Of a stretch of DNA of 64,000 nucleotides, positions 10,977 to 24,257 are shown in pieces; the stretch's first letter is position 1, and every line of letters begins with the position of its first letter. The translations under genes were made by a program, and so were the position numbers. Below the pieces are notes generated by a model. The model worked only from the letters and a program-made list of their open reading frames with translations, did no database searches and was not told where the DNA came from. The stretch comes from Octopus vulgaris (taxonomy: Eukaryota), in NCBI GenBank assembly GCA_951406725.2, contig OX597814.1, positions 151,776,001-151,840,000 on the forward strand, given 5' to 3'.

Positions 10977-12544
10977 ACGTTGAGCAAAAAATATTTGACA
11001 GGTAAAAATGTGTAAATAAAATATTTAACAATCAAAAACAGGAACAATGTAAAGAAGGAGTCCTGAAAAGTCAAAATATGTAAAAAGAAAAAAAAAATGT
11101 AAGGCCTGTCTTTCGAAAGTACAAACACGCAAAAAATTCATTGTTTACAGAGAGTCCACTTTAAGATGTTAGTGAATAACGTTGTAAATGGCAAAGAATA
11201 ACTCTGCAAGATAAGAAGATGCCGGAATCCAAAATAGCATAATAGAAGCAAAGTATTCATTGAAGAGGGCACCGACCGCCAAATGATGGAATGCAGTTCG
11301 AAATTTGCAGAAGCGGCACCAGCGGTCGAGACAAGGCGACTAGTCGAAGATAGGTACCGTTGAGTGTCATTGTTTAAAGACGTTGTCATGCAGGGTAACC
11401 GGCAAGTGAAGTCGGAGCTGTGAGCAAGAGTAACCGAAAGGTGCCGTGCAAATGAAGACAAGTCAGACTTCCCCATTCTCCGGCCGAGAGAAGCGGGGAA
11501 GGAACAAAAAATGCTGAACTGGGAAAAAGAAAGCATCAAAAAAATGTTACGTACTTACTGGAAATGTAACCGTACATTTTACTGCTATTCTCAGCAGGTA
11601 GATGATGCTGAGTGAGAATGAAGTGATGTCTCGTGAAACATGAAGAGAATTGCCCAAAAGTTGTTAGGATGGTACAGCCGTCAAGTTTTTTCGCGTGAAA
11701 AACTGCAAAGGCCCCAGCCGCAAAGAAAGTCTTTAGTTATAGGCTCTGCAAGTCATTGACAAAATGGGAAACTCAACCGCTGAAAAGATTCTTAGTTTTC
11801 CACATGTGATAGAGCTGATAATGTAGAGGCAATCATGAAGTTGAACGCCGCAAAATCACATCGGTTGGTCACCAGTTATGACGACGATGGTAAATAAGGG
11901 AAATGTGGAAAAGATATACGAGGCGAGATGAAAATGAACTCGTAAGCGACGATTTATTCTCCGTTGTAAAATCCAATGATTGCCACAAAAAAATGAATGA
12001 ACGTAACAGGTTACAACAAAGATATGTGAAAAACTTTGTGGTAAGGCTGGACTGTTGGTTTTGTAGACATAGTTAACGTACTGTTTGGTTTGACGTACCG
12101 ATGGTCTGTTGGTCGTATGGTGTTCATGCAACAACGATGTAGGCAGGTGTCTGGTAGAGGTGAAAGCGGAGACTGGCTGGTGTCAGATACATCGTTGTCA
12201 GAGAGGAGTAGCATGTGCTCAGTGGCGTGTGCCAAAGACAAAGCGCAATCGAGAACTGCCGTTTTCATAGAGATCAATAGACTCCTAGAGCTGGTGATTA
12301 ATTTCCCGCGTAAGGAAAAACAAACTGTTGCGCCAACACGGTTGAACGCTACAAACCGATCAACACAAATAACAAGTTAGGCTAATCAGAAAGTCATGAG
12401 ACCTGCTGAAACTAACAGGCTTGTGGAGCCTAAACAACCGCGACAAAAACATCTCACGCATAATGACAGCGTAAATCACTTCTGCTACACAGTTAAAAAG
12501 TCGTAACCTTTTTAACAACTCGTACGCCGATGCAATTAATATTG

Positions 12545-13585
12545 CATTGGGCCAGCCCATAAATAATGCGTTTTTTTATATTTCTTTTATTTTTCAAAAT
12601 TAAGATAACAAAGTTATTTTTTAATCGAAAATATACTCTCTTTCATTTTCTATAATGCCCTTGCCTCTATCTGGTAGAATTGCAAGGCCCTTCTTTTAAA
12701 AATATTCCTCCAGTACTGTTCTGACATCGTCTACAGAATTCATATTTTTTCCGTCCAAATGATTTTGGAGAATGCGGAATAATTGATAATCAGATGGGGC
12801 AATGTCCGGCGAATATTGTGTGGGGGGGCATTGTTTCCCATTCAAACTCCTCCAGCCTTTGGAATGCCATTCTCGCTGTATGTGGCCGAGTATTATCCTG
12901 ATGGAAGAATACCTTTCGCCTCGAAACCAAAGATGGTCGTTTTTCTTCCAGCGCTGACTTAAGCCGCTCAAGCTGCTCCCTGTAGATCTCCTTTGTTATC
13001 GTTTCGTCTGGATTTCAAAGTTCAAACTGGTCTAAACGTTTCATATCCCACCAAACAGATAACATCACTTATGTGGGTGAAAACCGTCTTTAGCCAGGGG
13101 TGCTGGGGTGCAAAGAAGAGCACACATTCACTCTGCGCACGATTAGACTCGGAAAGTTTCTGAGGAACCCATTGGCCCAATTTGCTGACTTTTCCGATGG
13201 CATACAGGTGTCGATGAATGAGTGAATGAACAAATCTAAACTAGCTTCTCTCCTAGTTCCTCAAAAGTTATAGGATTTTGTTCCACTAGGGTTTGCAGGA
13301 CGTTCTCGTCGAGCTTTATAGATATTCCAGGACGAAGCTCATCTTCGAGGCTGTAGTTTCCAGTTCGGAAGTTCTAGAATCACCGTTGACACTGGCTTAC
13401 GCTTATTGTCCGATCCCCATATACTACATTAATATTCTTTGCACTTTCCGTTGCGTTGTTGCTTTTATTGAACTCATAAAGTAAAATATGCCGAATATGC
13501 TCCTTTGTCACTTCCATTATAGCTTTGAAAAAATACCTGTTAAAATCGAACTGCATTCTTCAAAACTTGCACTAAGAATAAGGTG
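12545..13585 (-). mobile_element. Second, degenerate mariner transposon
   Basis: YSPDIAPSDYQLFRILQNHLDGK in ORF 12696-12971; other motifs broken; only one TIR-like end visible. Confidence 0.75.
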
Positions 13586-13589
13586 ATTT

Positions 13590-14875
13590 TTTGTTTCCCA
13601 CAAGGGGTCAATAAAGAAGGGGACAGCACAATCTGATTTGGGGTCAGATGAACAAGTGAATTCAACATAAATATGGAATTAAAAATATTCAAAATATAAA
13701 AAAAAAAACGAATGATAGGACAGACCGAAAGACATAACGGATGGAATGAGGGTTTAATTCGGACTCCACGATCCCCGCTTCGCCACTGATTCCTGGGATA
13801 CGTCCTGCGTCGCATTCATAAGGTTACATTCATACGCAACATTCATGCAACATTCTTCCATCGATTTCCGAACATTTTCACATTCAGGCATTTTCTCTCT
13901 AGCCCTATTTTCCTTTTAAGGTGAAAGGTAAAGTAATTCATCAATGCAGAGCCAGAGATGAAGATGCCTGACTTTAAACCTTTCAATCTCGTCTTCCAAA
14001 TAACCTCTCTCGCAATTGCTACTACGACGAAAAAGCTAATCTTACCTTCTTTCGATGGGAAATCCGGTGGGTCAATTTTTATTATAGACTCAGTCGATAG
14101 CCGTACACTTCGTGTACTTGACAACAACTATTCCGCACAAAGCCACACGTCTGATACCTCCGAATACTGAGCAATAGCATGCAGGACAGTTTTCCTATCC
14201 TGCCCACATCTTGGACAGGTTGATGGGCTGTGGCAATCATGCCTTGTGAGCTTTCCCGAAGAGGTAATATTGCCATGCCAGAGACTTCTGAAAATTATTC
14301 AGGGTCTTCGGCCTGAATGTACGTTGGAACAGACTGGCCAGCTGGTTATCGTCGAGACCTAGGGTTTCCCCTAAGTTATCGTCACATTCCGCATCTACCA
14401 ACCCTCTATAGAAAGATGCGGTTGAATCACTACCACGGATATTGCTCGAACGGCGGAATAGCAGGAGAGCCTTACGACACTCCATGAACCATGTACTCAA
14501 CTTTGAGCTACGGTAGAACCAGGTTTCCCATCCACCAAAACTAGTGAACTTGGGAAACATCTGTATCGCAAGCAGAGATCACACTCGTTCACCATAGAGT
14601 GATGGGCCGAAAATTATCAGTGGAATCCCCTTTGTTCGGGTCCTTTCTGACAAGCACCACCGCTCCCCGGCGCACAGATCTGGGAATGAACCCATTCTGC
14701 TGCCAGTTCGTGTAGATATTCGCCAGCAGGTGCCCGAACAAGTCTGGTATACTCTTATATAGCTCGTAGGGTAGACCATCCAGTCTCGGCGCCTTACCTG
14801 CGACGCGTTCTGACATAGCCTCTATTACCTCCTCACAACCCACTGCCCGAATCCTATCTCGGCCAATGTGAAACG
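13590..14875 (-). mobile_element. Tx1/L1-type LINE, 5'-truncated and internally deleted
   Basis: GKAPRLDGLPYELY...KGDSTDNFRPITL (RT start) jumps to the C-terminal region with LAWQ, CPRCGQ..TVLHA and AREVIWKTR. Confidence 0.75.
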
Positions 14876-15098
14876 AATATTGATTCGATATTAGCATTCA
14901 TATACGTCGAGAATATTATGAATATTATATAATCATAAATGAGGCGACAGATGGAGGAATATTAATATAATGGTACTCATGTTCGTGAATGGATACATTA
15001 AATAATAAGACGATAGCGTAACGATTTAAATTTGGAAGGAATTAGAACGTGGCATTTTAATTATTTTATATCGATCATTCTCTGGCAGTCATCAGGTG

Positions 15099-15776
15099 TC
15101 TTGTTTCTCTGTCTCTCCCCTTCACCTCTCTCTATGTATGTATACATACATACGTAAACACATACATACATAAATACATACATACATAGATACATACATA
15201 CATACATACATACATACATACATACATACATACATACATACATACATGCATACATACATACATACATACATACATACATACATACATACATACATACATA
15301 CATACATACATACATACATACATACATACATACATACATACATTATATATATATATATCATGTGACGGCAGATATATGAACAACAAGCAGGTGTATTAGT
15401 TTGACGCACAAGAAAGTGAGAAAGTCTTTCACGTTTCGAGCCTATGCTCTTCAACTGAAAAGAATAAAAGCAAATGAGCAGAGAGAGAATAAAAAACTTG
15501 TGAATTTAGCTATCAGTCGACTGATAGCTAAATTCACAAGATATATATATATATATATAATGCAGTCACATGATATATATATATATAATGTATGTATGTA
15601 TGTATGTATGTATGTATGTATGTATGTATGTTTGTATGTATGTATGTATGTATGTATGTATGCATGTATGTATGTATGTATGGATCTATGTATGTATGTA
15701 TTTATGTATGTATGTGTTTACGTATGTATGTATACATACATAGAGAGAGGTGAAGGGGAGAGACAGAGAAACAAGA
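15099..15776. repeat. Fold-back: inverted arms of compound (TACA)n microsatellite with internal 44-bp palindrome
   Basis: 15099-15370 is the reverse complement of 15561-15776 apart from repeat number; perfect palindrome at 15497-15540. Confidence 0.9.
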
Positions 15777-15854
15777 AAATGCTAAAATAATTTTATCATG
15801 ACATACATTTTGTACAGGATTCAGTCATTTCTACTCTTTTTTTAACTAAGAGTA

Positions 15855-18720
15855 AAACTGGAAAAAAGAAGTTAAATTGAAGAATGAATTAAGTGAAATA
15901 CTTTGAAAATATTTCCATAGTCTAACAAAGAAACAAGAAATCACTACCCACAGGGTAGACGTTACAACTCCCCACCTATAAGGAGATACCAACGTAATTT
16001 TTATTCCAACAATCCACCTAACAACCACACACAACAAACCCATGCGATGCAAAATAATTATCAACGACGGCCCTCTGAAGCATCACATCCTAACATGGAA
16101 TATAGGGACACACTTTTCAATCCCCATCCAAGAACCCGCACTATAAATCACAACAGGGCACTCCACAACAACAGGGGACAACTAAATAACAGCTACCGTC
16201 CCAATCACCTCTACCATTTTTTAGACCCAGTACACAAACATTGGGATATGAGATAGCACCAGACATGCAGGAGAAACCAAAAGTGATAAAAATCAATCTA
16301 ACTCACAAAGAACTAACACCAGACCAAATCAACATACTCTCCAGGGGCCCAAATTTAACCCCACCCCAACCAACGTCTCAATTACAACGAAATGATAGAA
16401 GACGTTGCGGAATTCTGTAGAAAATTACGTCTCACCGAGGAACTATACAACAAATACAACGAAGACGAATCGTTAGTCAGTAACTACACCCCATCAAAAG
16501 GTAAGAACAACATTTTTGACTATTTCTTTGAACACATCACGAATTACCCATAGCAACACATACACAAACAAAAATACAAGCCAAACTTCAGCCAAAAAAA
16601 AAAAAAAGAATGTACTGAGCTGAACATATTAAAGGATGATAAAACAATAACAATCAAAGAGGCTGATAAAGGGAGTGCAGTAGTCTTAATGGACACTGTA
16701 TACTATATAACTCTAGTGCTATTCATATTAGAAGATACAACATACTATGAAAAAGTCCAACACTATAGTCAGCAGAAAATAATAAGAAATCTATAAATTC
16801 TATTAAACCCATACAGAGAAGGACTCACCGACAAATAATAGGACTATATGACTAACTTCAAAAGTAAATCCAGTTAATTCTATGGTATTCCTAAGATACA
16901 TAAAAGGGAAAAATAAGTAACGCATGCAGGGAAGCTACGGACATAATAGTCAAGGTACCTACACCTAATGACCTCAAATTGCAGGCCCCGCATGCAAAAC
17001 TCAACGCCTCAGTAACGTTTTCGATACTTTTTTAAAACCATTCTTCAAGCATATCAAAAGCTACATAAGGGACAACCTTGATGTGCTCAACCACCTCGCT
17101 GAAACAAATCCCTACTAGCATCCTTCAATGTAGTCACTGGCTATTCTAATATCCTCCCACAACCTAGGAATCCAATTCAGGCAAGAGAATTACTCTAATG
17201 AGCTCCCACGCCACATAAAAAGAGAATTCGTAATAGAAGAGTTAAAATTCATCTTGGAGAATAACTTCTTTTTTTTCAATGACAACTTCTATCGACAGGA
17301 ATCGGAGACTGTCATAGGTACGAGAATATGCCCCTCCTTTGCTAACCTAGTCATGCGATGCCTAGTAATCGTTTTCTATCGTAAGGTGCTAGAAAAATAC
17401 GTTAACTCATTCTTCTTGTACATAGAAAGTAACTGGAAGAGATATCTAGATGACTGCTTCATTTTTTGACATGAAAGTACAGAGAGACTTCAAGAATTTC
17501 AAGCACTTCTAAATGGACTTGACATAAACATTCAATTTACGATGGAATATAGTCATCAGCAACATCCATTCCTCGACATTCTCATAAATAAATCCAACAG
17601 CAAAATAGAAACAGACATACACAATAAGCCCACGGACTCCAAGCAATATCTACTGTTCAACTCATGCCACTCCAGACACGCTAGAATGAATATACCTTTT
17701 AACTTGGTAAGAAGGATTTGTACTATAGTATCTGATACAAAAACCCGTGACACACGACTACATTAACTAAAGGATGAGCTCATCAACAGGAATTATCAAC
17801 CATCACTAATTGATATAGGTTTTCAACGTGCCCTACAACTCAACATCCACGAACTCAGACAGCCCAAACTAAAGAAGCATTTACAACCAAAAGCCCTACC
17901 ATCCATATCGACACGCAAACCCTTAAACAATGAGACCTTCGATACCATCCACCAGAACATTCCTTTAGTAAAAACGAACCACTGAATGAGTCAATTCCTC
18001 CAAACACACACCATTATAAAGAGCAAAAGACAACGCAAGTTATTGAAAAGTATTCTAACATAAGCCCAAGTACACTCGTCAACAACATTGAAACCGACAA
18101 TATAAAAATGCGAAGACCTAACTGTGATATATGCGTCAACCTAATTGAGGGATCGGAATTCTTCAAACAATGTCAATGTTTTACAGTGAAAAACAACTTC
18201 ACGTTTGCTTCGGAAAACCTAATATATGCGTTAACTTGCTCAGTTCTTTATTCAACTCACTCTAGTTCTTTATTCTAAATATACACAGTCTTTTAATCTC
18301 AGATTTTAGTAGATGATAAAGAGATAAACAAATTGGAAATGAATTACAACCCTATGACACCATTATGCTCCATGCTATTCTAAGGAATTGTAGTCTGTTT
18401 TTATTAGCCACTTTTGGTACAACAGCGACAACATGAATTTTTTCCATTTTATTCAGTTGAAATATTTAAGAAAAAATATATTAATGTATCCTACCTGTTG
18501 AAATTCCATTTGTATTTTCTTGTGCAGCTGAAGATAGCATTGCATTTAAATTGATGTAATGATTGCATCGTTCAATTAAATGGATCCGCTTGAAACGGTC
18601 GTACTGCATTGCTACTTGATATCCTTTTACTCATTTTGATTTTCTCACCTTACTTCGAGCTGTGCGGATAATAGCGGACTGACTTGGTGCTTCAACTTAA
18701 GCACGTAATTCAACTAAATC
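15855..18720 (+). mobile_element. Degenerate Penelope-like retroelement (RT + Cys-rich linker + GIY-YIG start; Neptune/Naiad-type), with 3' non-coding tail
   Basis: IKEADKGSAVV, FYGIPKIHK, CPSFANL, WKRYLDDCF (17443-17454), PFLD, KPTDSKQYLLFNSCH, RPNCDIC...NLIYALTCS; many stops and frameshifts. Confidence 0.88.
18523..18608 (+). ncRNA. Type I hammerhead-ribozyme-like motif with extended stem II
   Basis: TGCAG-CTGAAGA-[T AGC...long hairpin...GCT T]-GAAAC-GGTC-GTA-CTGCA; stem I TGCAG/CTGCA, cleavage triplet GUA; lies in the PLE tail. Confidence 0.65.
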
Positions 18721-18760
18721 TATCTATCTATCTATATATATCTATATATATATATCTATA

Positions 18761-18813
<53 letters not shown>

Positions 18814-18821
18814 AAATTAAT

Positions 18822-18965
18822 TGTTATCGCCATATTAATATGGCATTCTTATAGATATAAGAATAATCGCTGCCGCTGGTCAGCTCCGTGAGGCCACCGC
18901 CTTAAGATAGCTATTGATACACGATCTGTATCCATTATAACCTTCGAACAAGGGAGGTCAACTAA

Positions 18966-19056
<91 letters not shown>

Positions 19057-19194
19057 AATCTATCTTGTTCGAAGGTTATAATGGATACAGATCGTGTATC
19101 AATAGCTATCTTAAGGCGGTGGCCTCATGGAGCTGACCAGCGGCAGCGATTATTCTTATATCTATAAGAATGCCATATTAATATGGCGATAACA
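18822..19194. repeat. 131-bp inverted repeat around a (TCTA)n microsatellite
   Basis: 18822-18952 vs 19064-19194, one mismatch seen. Confidence 0.92.
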
Positions 19195-20149
19195 GAGATA
19201 CATACTTATCTGGATTCGGATAAGAAGGAAAGAGAGAAAGTAAAAGGGAACAACCAATGTAAATTTTTTCTTTTTTTCCCGTGATTTGTACCTCATTAGT
19301 TTTTCTTCACACATCACGTAATAGCATTAAAATGATCCTCGATTAGGTGAATTTATTTTGTTTATGCAAATTTAACACTCAACTATATTCTAAGAAATGT
19401 CCATGTTGTTCAGTATTGAAGGAGATTTTATATCTTTTTGATGGAATTTGTAACGCCAGTAAAATCTTCTATATTTGTTATTCAAAATTTCATGAATTTC
19501 AATCCAAGACGCAAAGGTTAATCTAAAAAAGTAAATTTAAAGGAGAAATGATATTACTGGTACTGTAAAAGGAAACAGTTTTGGGCGAGGAATCCAATCG
19601 AAGTTATAATACATACTTATCGATGTCATGCGGTAGAAAAGCAAATTCAATAATGAACTGATTTGAACTCGAAACCCCGTAAGGAATGACAACCACGATA
19701 TCGTCAACGCATTTCCATCGCCTTTTTTAAGAATAAATTTGAAATCCTCGTCAAAAAGAATGAATTTAGGAATATAGCAATTTTGGCATGTGCATTTTGC
19801 TAGTGTCATTTATCGATACTGGGTATTTTGATTGTTGTATTATACCACTTAATTTCATATAATATTTCTTAAAAAATTTACATATTATTATAAACATTAA
19901 GCTAATTTATCTGTATTTTTTTCCTGCTATATTAGTATTCATGAAAATAGTATGATCAAAGTTATAATCACCATCTGTTGCTTTAATGAGACCATCATTA
20001 TCTTATTGATTAGCAATAATTGTTCCGCTCATTATAATCAGAATTTCTCACCCTGCACTTTTATGAAAAGTCTGTGGCATTTCCTGTGTAATGATTCACT
20101 TTATCAAAAGTTAATGTACACACTCCCACAGACACCTATAAGTGTTGTT

Positions 20150-20712
20150 ATATGAAAAGTCTGAAAAGTAACGGGACTGGTGCCACAAACAATTGATTTG
20201 AATTTCAAACAAGAATCTTCATGATTTCTTCTTCAAAGTAATCCCCCTCCAGTCTAATGCACATTTTCATCCTTTTCTGCCACGCTTCTATGCGCTGCGG
20301 GAAGGATTCATCTGAGATGCCCCTCAGCTCCATCGTTACAGCCGTCTTGATGGTCTCCACGCTTTCAAAACTTGTGCCACTCAAAAACACGTGGACGCGA
20401 CATGGTGTTATCTCTATACGCTTGCTGAATCATTTCAAGTTCTTGTGACGGAGTTTTCCCCAACCGGACCAAAAGTTTCAGGTATGTTCGTTTCTCGGTG
20501 TTTATTGTTCATTCCTCAGTGCTGAACGACCTGAGGAAGAGGAGGTGTAAACAAAAGTATGTGAAAAAATATGCAATGATTGCAGAAAGCTAAGATTGCA
20601 GGTATATACTCTCGAGATATCATATTAGATGATAACATAATCCGCTTATCCCTCTTCTGCTCATAGTTCGCACAGCACACCCAGTCCCGTTACCTTTCAG
20701 ACAGATCTCGTA
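20150..20712 (-). mobile_element. Internally deleted mariner (MITE-like)
   Basis: Inverted ends gtctgaaaagtaacgggactgg / ccagtcccgttacctttcagac; retains the transposase C-terminus (AWQKRMKMCIRLEGDYFEE). Confidence 0.75.
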
Positions 20713-20715
20713 TAT

Positions 20716-21005
20716 TTGCTTGTTGGGTTTTTCGTCCTAAAGTTACTTAAGAAATTCCCTTCTACTAGATTTGGCCTCTACAAAGCCGATGCTTTGGCAA
20801 TATCGAGAAGGGTAGACGTTCACACAGTTGATAGACTTAGGAAGGACCTCATAAACATTATGAATCATCTTGGCCTCAAGATCACAGCAGAAACCAACTG
20901 AAAGAGAATAGATTTCTTTAATGTGAATTTAGACTTGGGATCTGGTATCTACAAGCTCTTTAGGAAGCCGAAAGAGAGGCTGACATAGATTGATACAGCT
21001 TCTTG
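20716..21005 (+). mobile_element. Penelope-like RT fragment
   Basis: GLYKADALA (degenerate GLYRDDGLA)...GLKITAETN..IDFFNVNLDLGSGIYKLFRKP. Confidence 0.65.
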
Positions 21006-21305
21006 TATTAATACCGACTTTTACTCCTCTACGAAAAAATGCCATTGGAAAATTGTGGTTTGCGTCCCACTTCATGTATTTTTAGCTTATTTGAATTCGT
21101 TGCTTTCATTTCTCCAGAGTAAACAGGTTCAAGATATGGAGTGTTGTCATATTGTCTATAAGAACTTGGATGTGCTCTTGGTGTTGCAAAGATACATAGG
21201 TGTCATCCACATGTCTAATACAGGCGATATGTTTCGGTGTTTATTGTTCTGTAGCTAAGTCATCAAAGTGATTAATCTAAATGTAAGCCATTATTAATAA
21301 TAGTG

Positions 21306-21470
21306 AAGGCGGCGAGCTAGCAAAATCATTTGCACACGGGATAAAATGTCTTTACGTTCTGAGTTCAAATTTCGCCGGGATCAACTTTGCCTTTCAGACT
21401 TTCGGGATCGATATAAGTACCAGTTCATCACTGGGGTCGATGAAATCGACTAGCACCTTTCCCACCAAAG
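21306..21470 (+). mobile_element. SINE family A
   Basis: aggcggcgagctagc head, B box and core. Confidence 0.8.
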
Positions 21471-22399
21471 TTCAGTTTAATAGAAGCAAATATCAGTAAC
21501 AATGACCTAATGGGCATCATATTGACATTTGGCCAAGTTCTTAGACACACTGACGATATATGCAAGAGCTAATACCAGTTTGTATTTGTGTGTCTTCGTG
21601 GAGACGATCGTTTCTTATCCGTTCTTAAAAATGACCATGCTTTGTCAGATGGAACATTGTCAACAGGAGAATGTAAATACAAGAAATAATTTTTTTTTAA
21701 TTTTAGAAATTAAAATCACGATGCCTTTATATAAATAAATTATATTAAGAAATATTTTTTGTGTGACATTTTAATATGATTTATCATTTCTCTCGCCATT
21801 GTTTTTGAGTTCATTCTTTGTCCATTTTTGTTGCTTACAGCTTCTCTATTCAATTTTTTAAATTTTATTTCTTCTCATTCAAACTATTTAAAAAATATTT
21901 TACATTTCTTCCAACATGCTTATTAATGCATACCCGTACTCGTCTCCTTCTCATAGTTGGTTTATTCATTGCTTTCAACATACTTATCAACACTTACTTG
22001 ATAGATACACTGACCCATGGCTTGTCTGCGTGTACGCATTCAACTGACTTTACCTTCCATTGCTTTCAACATTCTTACCAACATCTACCCGCGCCATTCT
22101 CAGCTTTTACTTGTTTGTCCATGCACCAGTTTAACAGACATGAGTCTTGTTACTAATTTTAATCATGCAGTAACTCCTCCAACATCATACAGCTCTCATC
22201 TTTCGATATCACCTCTCAACTCCTTTCATTTTCTTTTTGCATTCTTACATCCAAAGTAATACGATCATTACCTTTTGACAACGCAGAACATTGCTAATTT
22301 CATCGAATTCTACAGTTTTACTGTTTAGCGTAATTTTCTAATCTACCATCGCATTTGTTGGAGTTAATATCTTCAAATGTATACAGTATATTGCATTAT

Positions 22400-23370
22400 T
22401 CTTATTCAAAATGACTCGAAAGAGGCCCCCACGTGGAAATGAAGGCAAACATGCGGAAAGAAGTCATATAGACATTACATTGGACGTTAAACTTGATGCG
22501 GGTGTTAAACCCAGTTCTATTGCAAAAGCAGTAACGTTTTTAGTGAGAACAATATGTGACAATAAAAATACTCTTAGGCCAAGAGCTACGCTGTTAACTG
22601 CCTGGACTTCATTCTTTTCACAGATCTCATGTGATGTCTGATATGGAAGGCTTCTGAGTAAGTGAATCAACGACCCACATACGACTGGAAGTAATATGCC
22701 GATAAACAAAATGATCATTCAAGTGAATGTTAAAAGTTTGCATAGATTTACAGAAAGCGGACGCAACTTTTCTGGCTAATAAGATCTAATTTGAAATATT
22801 TGAGAGGTCCCTTAGTGTGCACATTAAAATGACTGGTGAGGCTGTAACTGATTATCCTAAAGAGCTGAAGAAAATTATTGTTCAAGAAAGCCAAACACCT
22901 AAACAGGTGCAAAAAGTTGATGAAACCAGATTTTGCTAAAAGTACATTCCCGCAAGTTCTTTTTTTTTTTTTAAGAAAATCAGCAGTTTTCTTTAAGACT
23001 TCCAAAAATCGCCTGCCGCTTCTTGGTGAGGGTGGGGTGGGGGATAAACTGCTGCTGATAATATGAAATTAATGTCGCTACATGTGTAACATAGCATTCA
23101 AATAAGAAACTTGGATGGCTACGAACCTTCTCCAAGACTAGTTTACAGACTTGTTCTCCCTGTTGTACAATGGTACAGTACAAAGTGTAATATTTTCAAC
23201 AAGGAACTACTCTTTCTGACAATTCAGTAAGCCACTCGGTGAACTTAAATGATCCTTCTGATTATGTGAAAGTGGAATATAGCCACACGAACTCAGCTCA
23301 TTTGGTCCAGTCAATGGATGAAGATATGACAGCTAATACAAGGTGTGTTATTTGAGAGCCTTGAAAAGAC
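22400..23370 (+). pseudogene. Degenerate Tigger/pogo transposase
   Basis: ITLDVKL.., HIKMTGEAVTDYPKELKKII...PKQVQKVDET, KTSKNRL; multiple stops and frameshifts. Confidence 0.7.
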
Positions 23371-24026
23371 TCACGAAGGCAATTGATGGGGTTGATAAAC
23401 CTAGAAGAGACTAGTGGAATGTGCTCAACGGCGTGCTGGCATTATCGTTAGAGTTTTAGAAAAAAAAAACCCTTGTGATATTTTCTCCGATTCTTTACGT
23501 TCTAAGTTCAAACCCAGCCTGGGTCAACTTTGCCCGTCATCCTTTCGAGGTTGATCAAATAAACTGCGGCACAAGTACTGGGACCGATGTAATATTCTAG
23601 CATGTCTTTCCTCAAAATTGCTGATTATGTGCCAAAATTATAAACCATTATTCATTATTTAAGGCCTATCTTCAGGTTAAACTTAGACTGAATCTGTCAG
23701 TTTTGTTTGTTCGTTGAAAATATTTTCTTTGTAATTTTCCTAGCCTACTTTCATAGGCTGAGATATTTAGATCAATCAGATAACTGTATTGCCGTTTTAC
23801 GAGTTGTTCTGGGTTAATTGTTATCAAAGTATCCCACACAAACCTGTCGTAAACTTCTACAATTGTTTCAAAAAGCAAATTGAAGTTGGGCTTTCCGAGA
23901 TAAGCTAACACTATGAATTAATATCGAGTTTCAGAGAAGTCGATAAGTTTAATAGGTAATTTTTATTATAAATCATAAAACTACCAAGTAAGCACCCATC
24001 TGTTGAAATGCAGTGACTTGCTTATA

Positions 24027-24257
24027 TATTTCTTTACTACCCACAAGGGGCTAAACACAGGGAGGACAAACAAGGACAGACAAACGGATTAAGTCGATTA
24101 TATCGACCCCAGTGCGTAACTGGTACTTAATTTACCGACCCCGAAAGGATGAAAGGCAAAGTCGACCTCGGCGGAATTTGATCTCAGACCGTAAGGGCAG
24201 ACGAAATCCGGCTACGCATTTCGCCTGGCGTGCTAACGTTTCTACCAGCTCACCGCC
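24027..24257 (-). mobile_element. SINE family A, full length
   Basis: 13-bp TSD tgacttgcttata (24014-24026 / 24258-24270). Confidence 0.92.

Larger units (their letters stand above)
8875..12489 (-). mobile_element. Non-coding LTR-like element: two diverged direct repeats (~8875-9358 and ~11875-12489), PBS-like motif, nested mariner
   Basis: Both repeats begin TGTAGCAGAAGTG on minus and share long blocks (gatttattctccg; gtagaggtgaaagcggagactggctgg; aaaacatctcacgcataatgacag). TGGTGACCaaCCGAtGTGAT at 11874-11855 resembles the Trp PBS. Confidence 0.6.

Noticed and set aside
15061-15790. ORFs of MYVC/HTYI repeats (also 10883-11128, 24558-24984)
   Set aside because: Translations of (TATG)n/(CA)n microsatellites, not genes.
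21225-21270. Additional hammerhead-like remnants (also ~26770-26825 and ~15065-15100)
   Set aside because: Core nucleotides are mutated and stems cannot be reconstructed.
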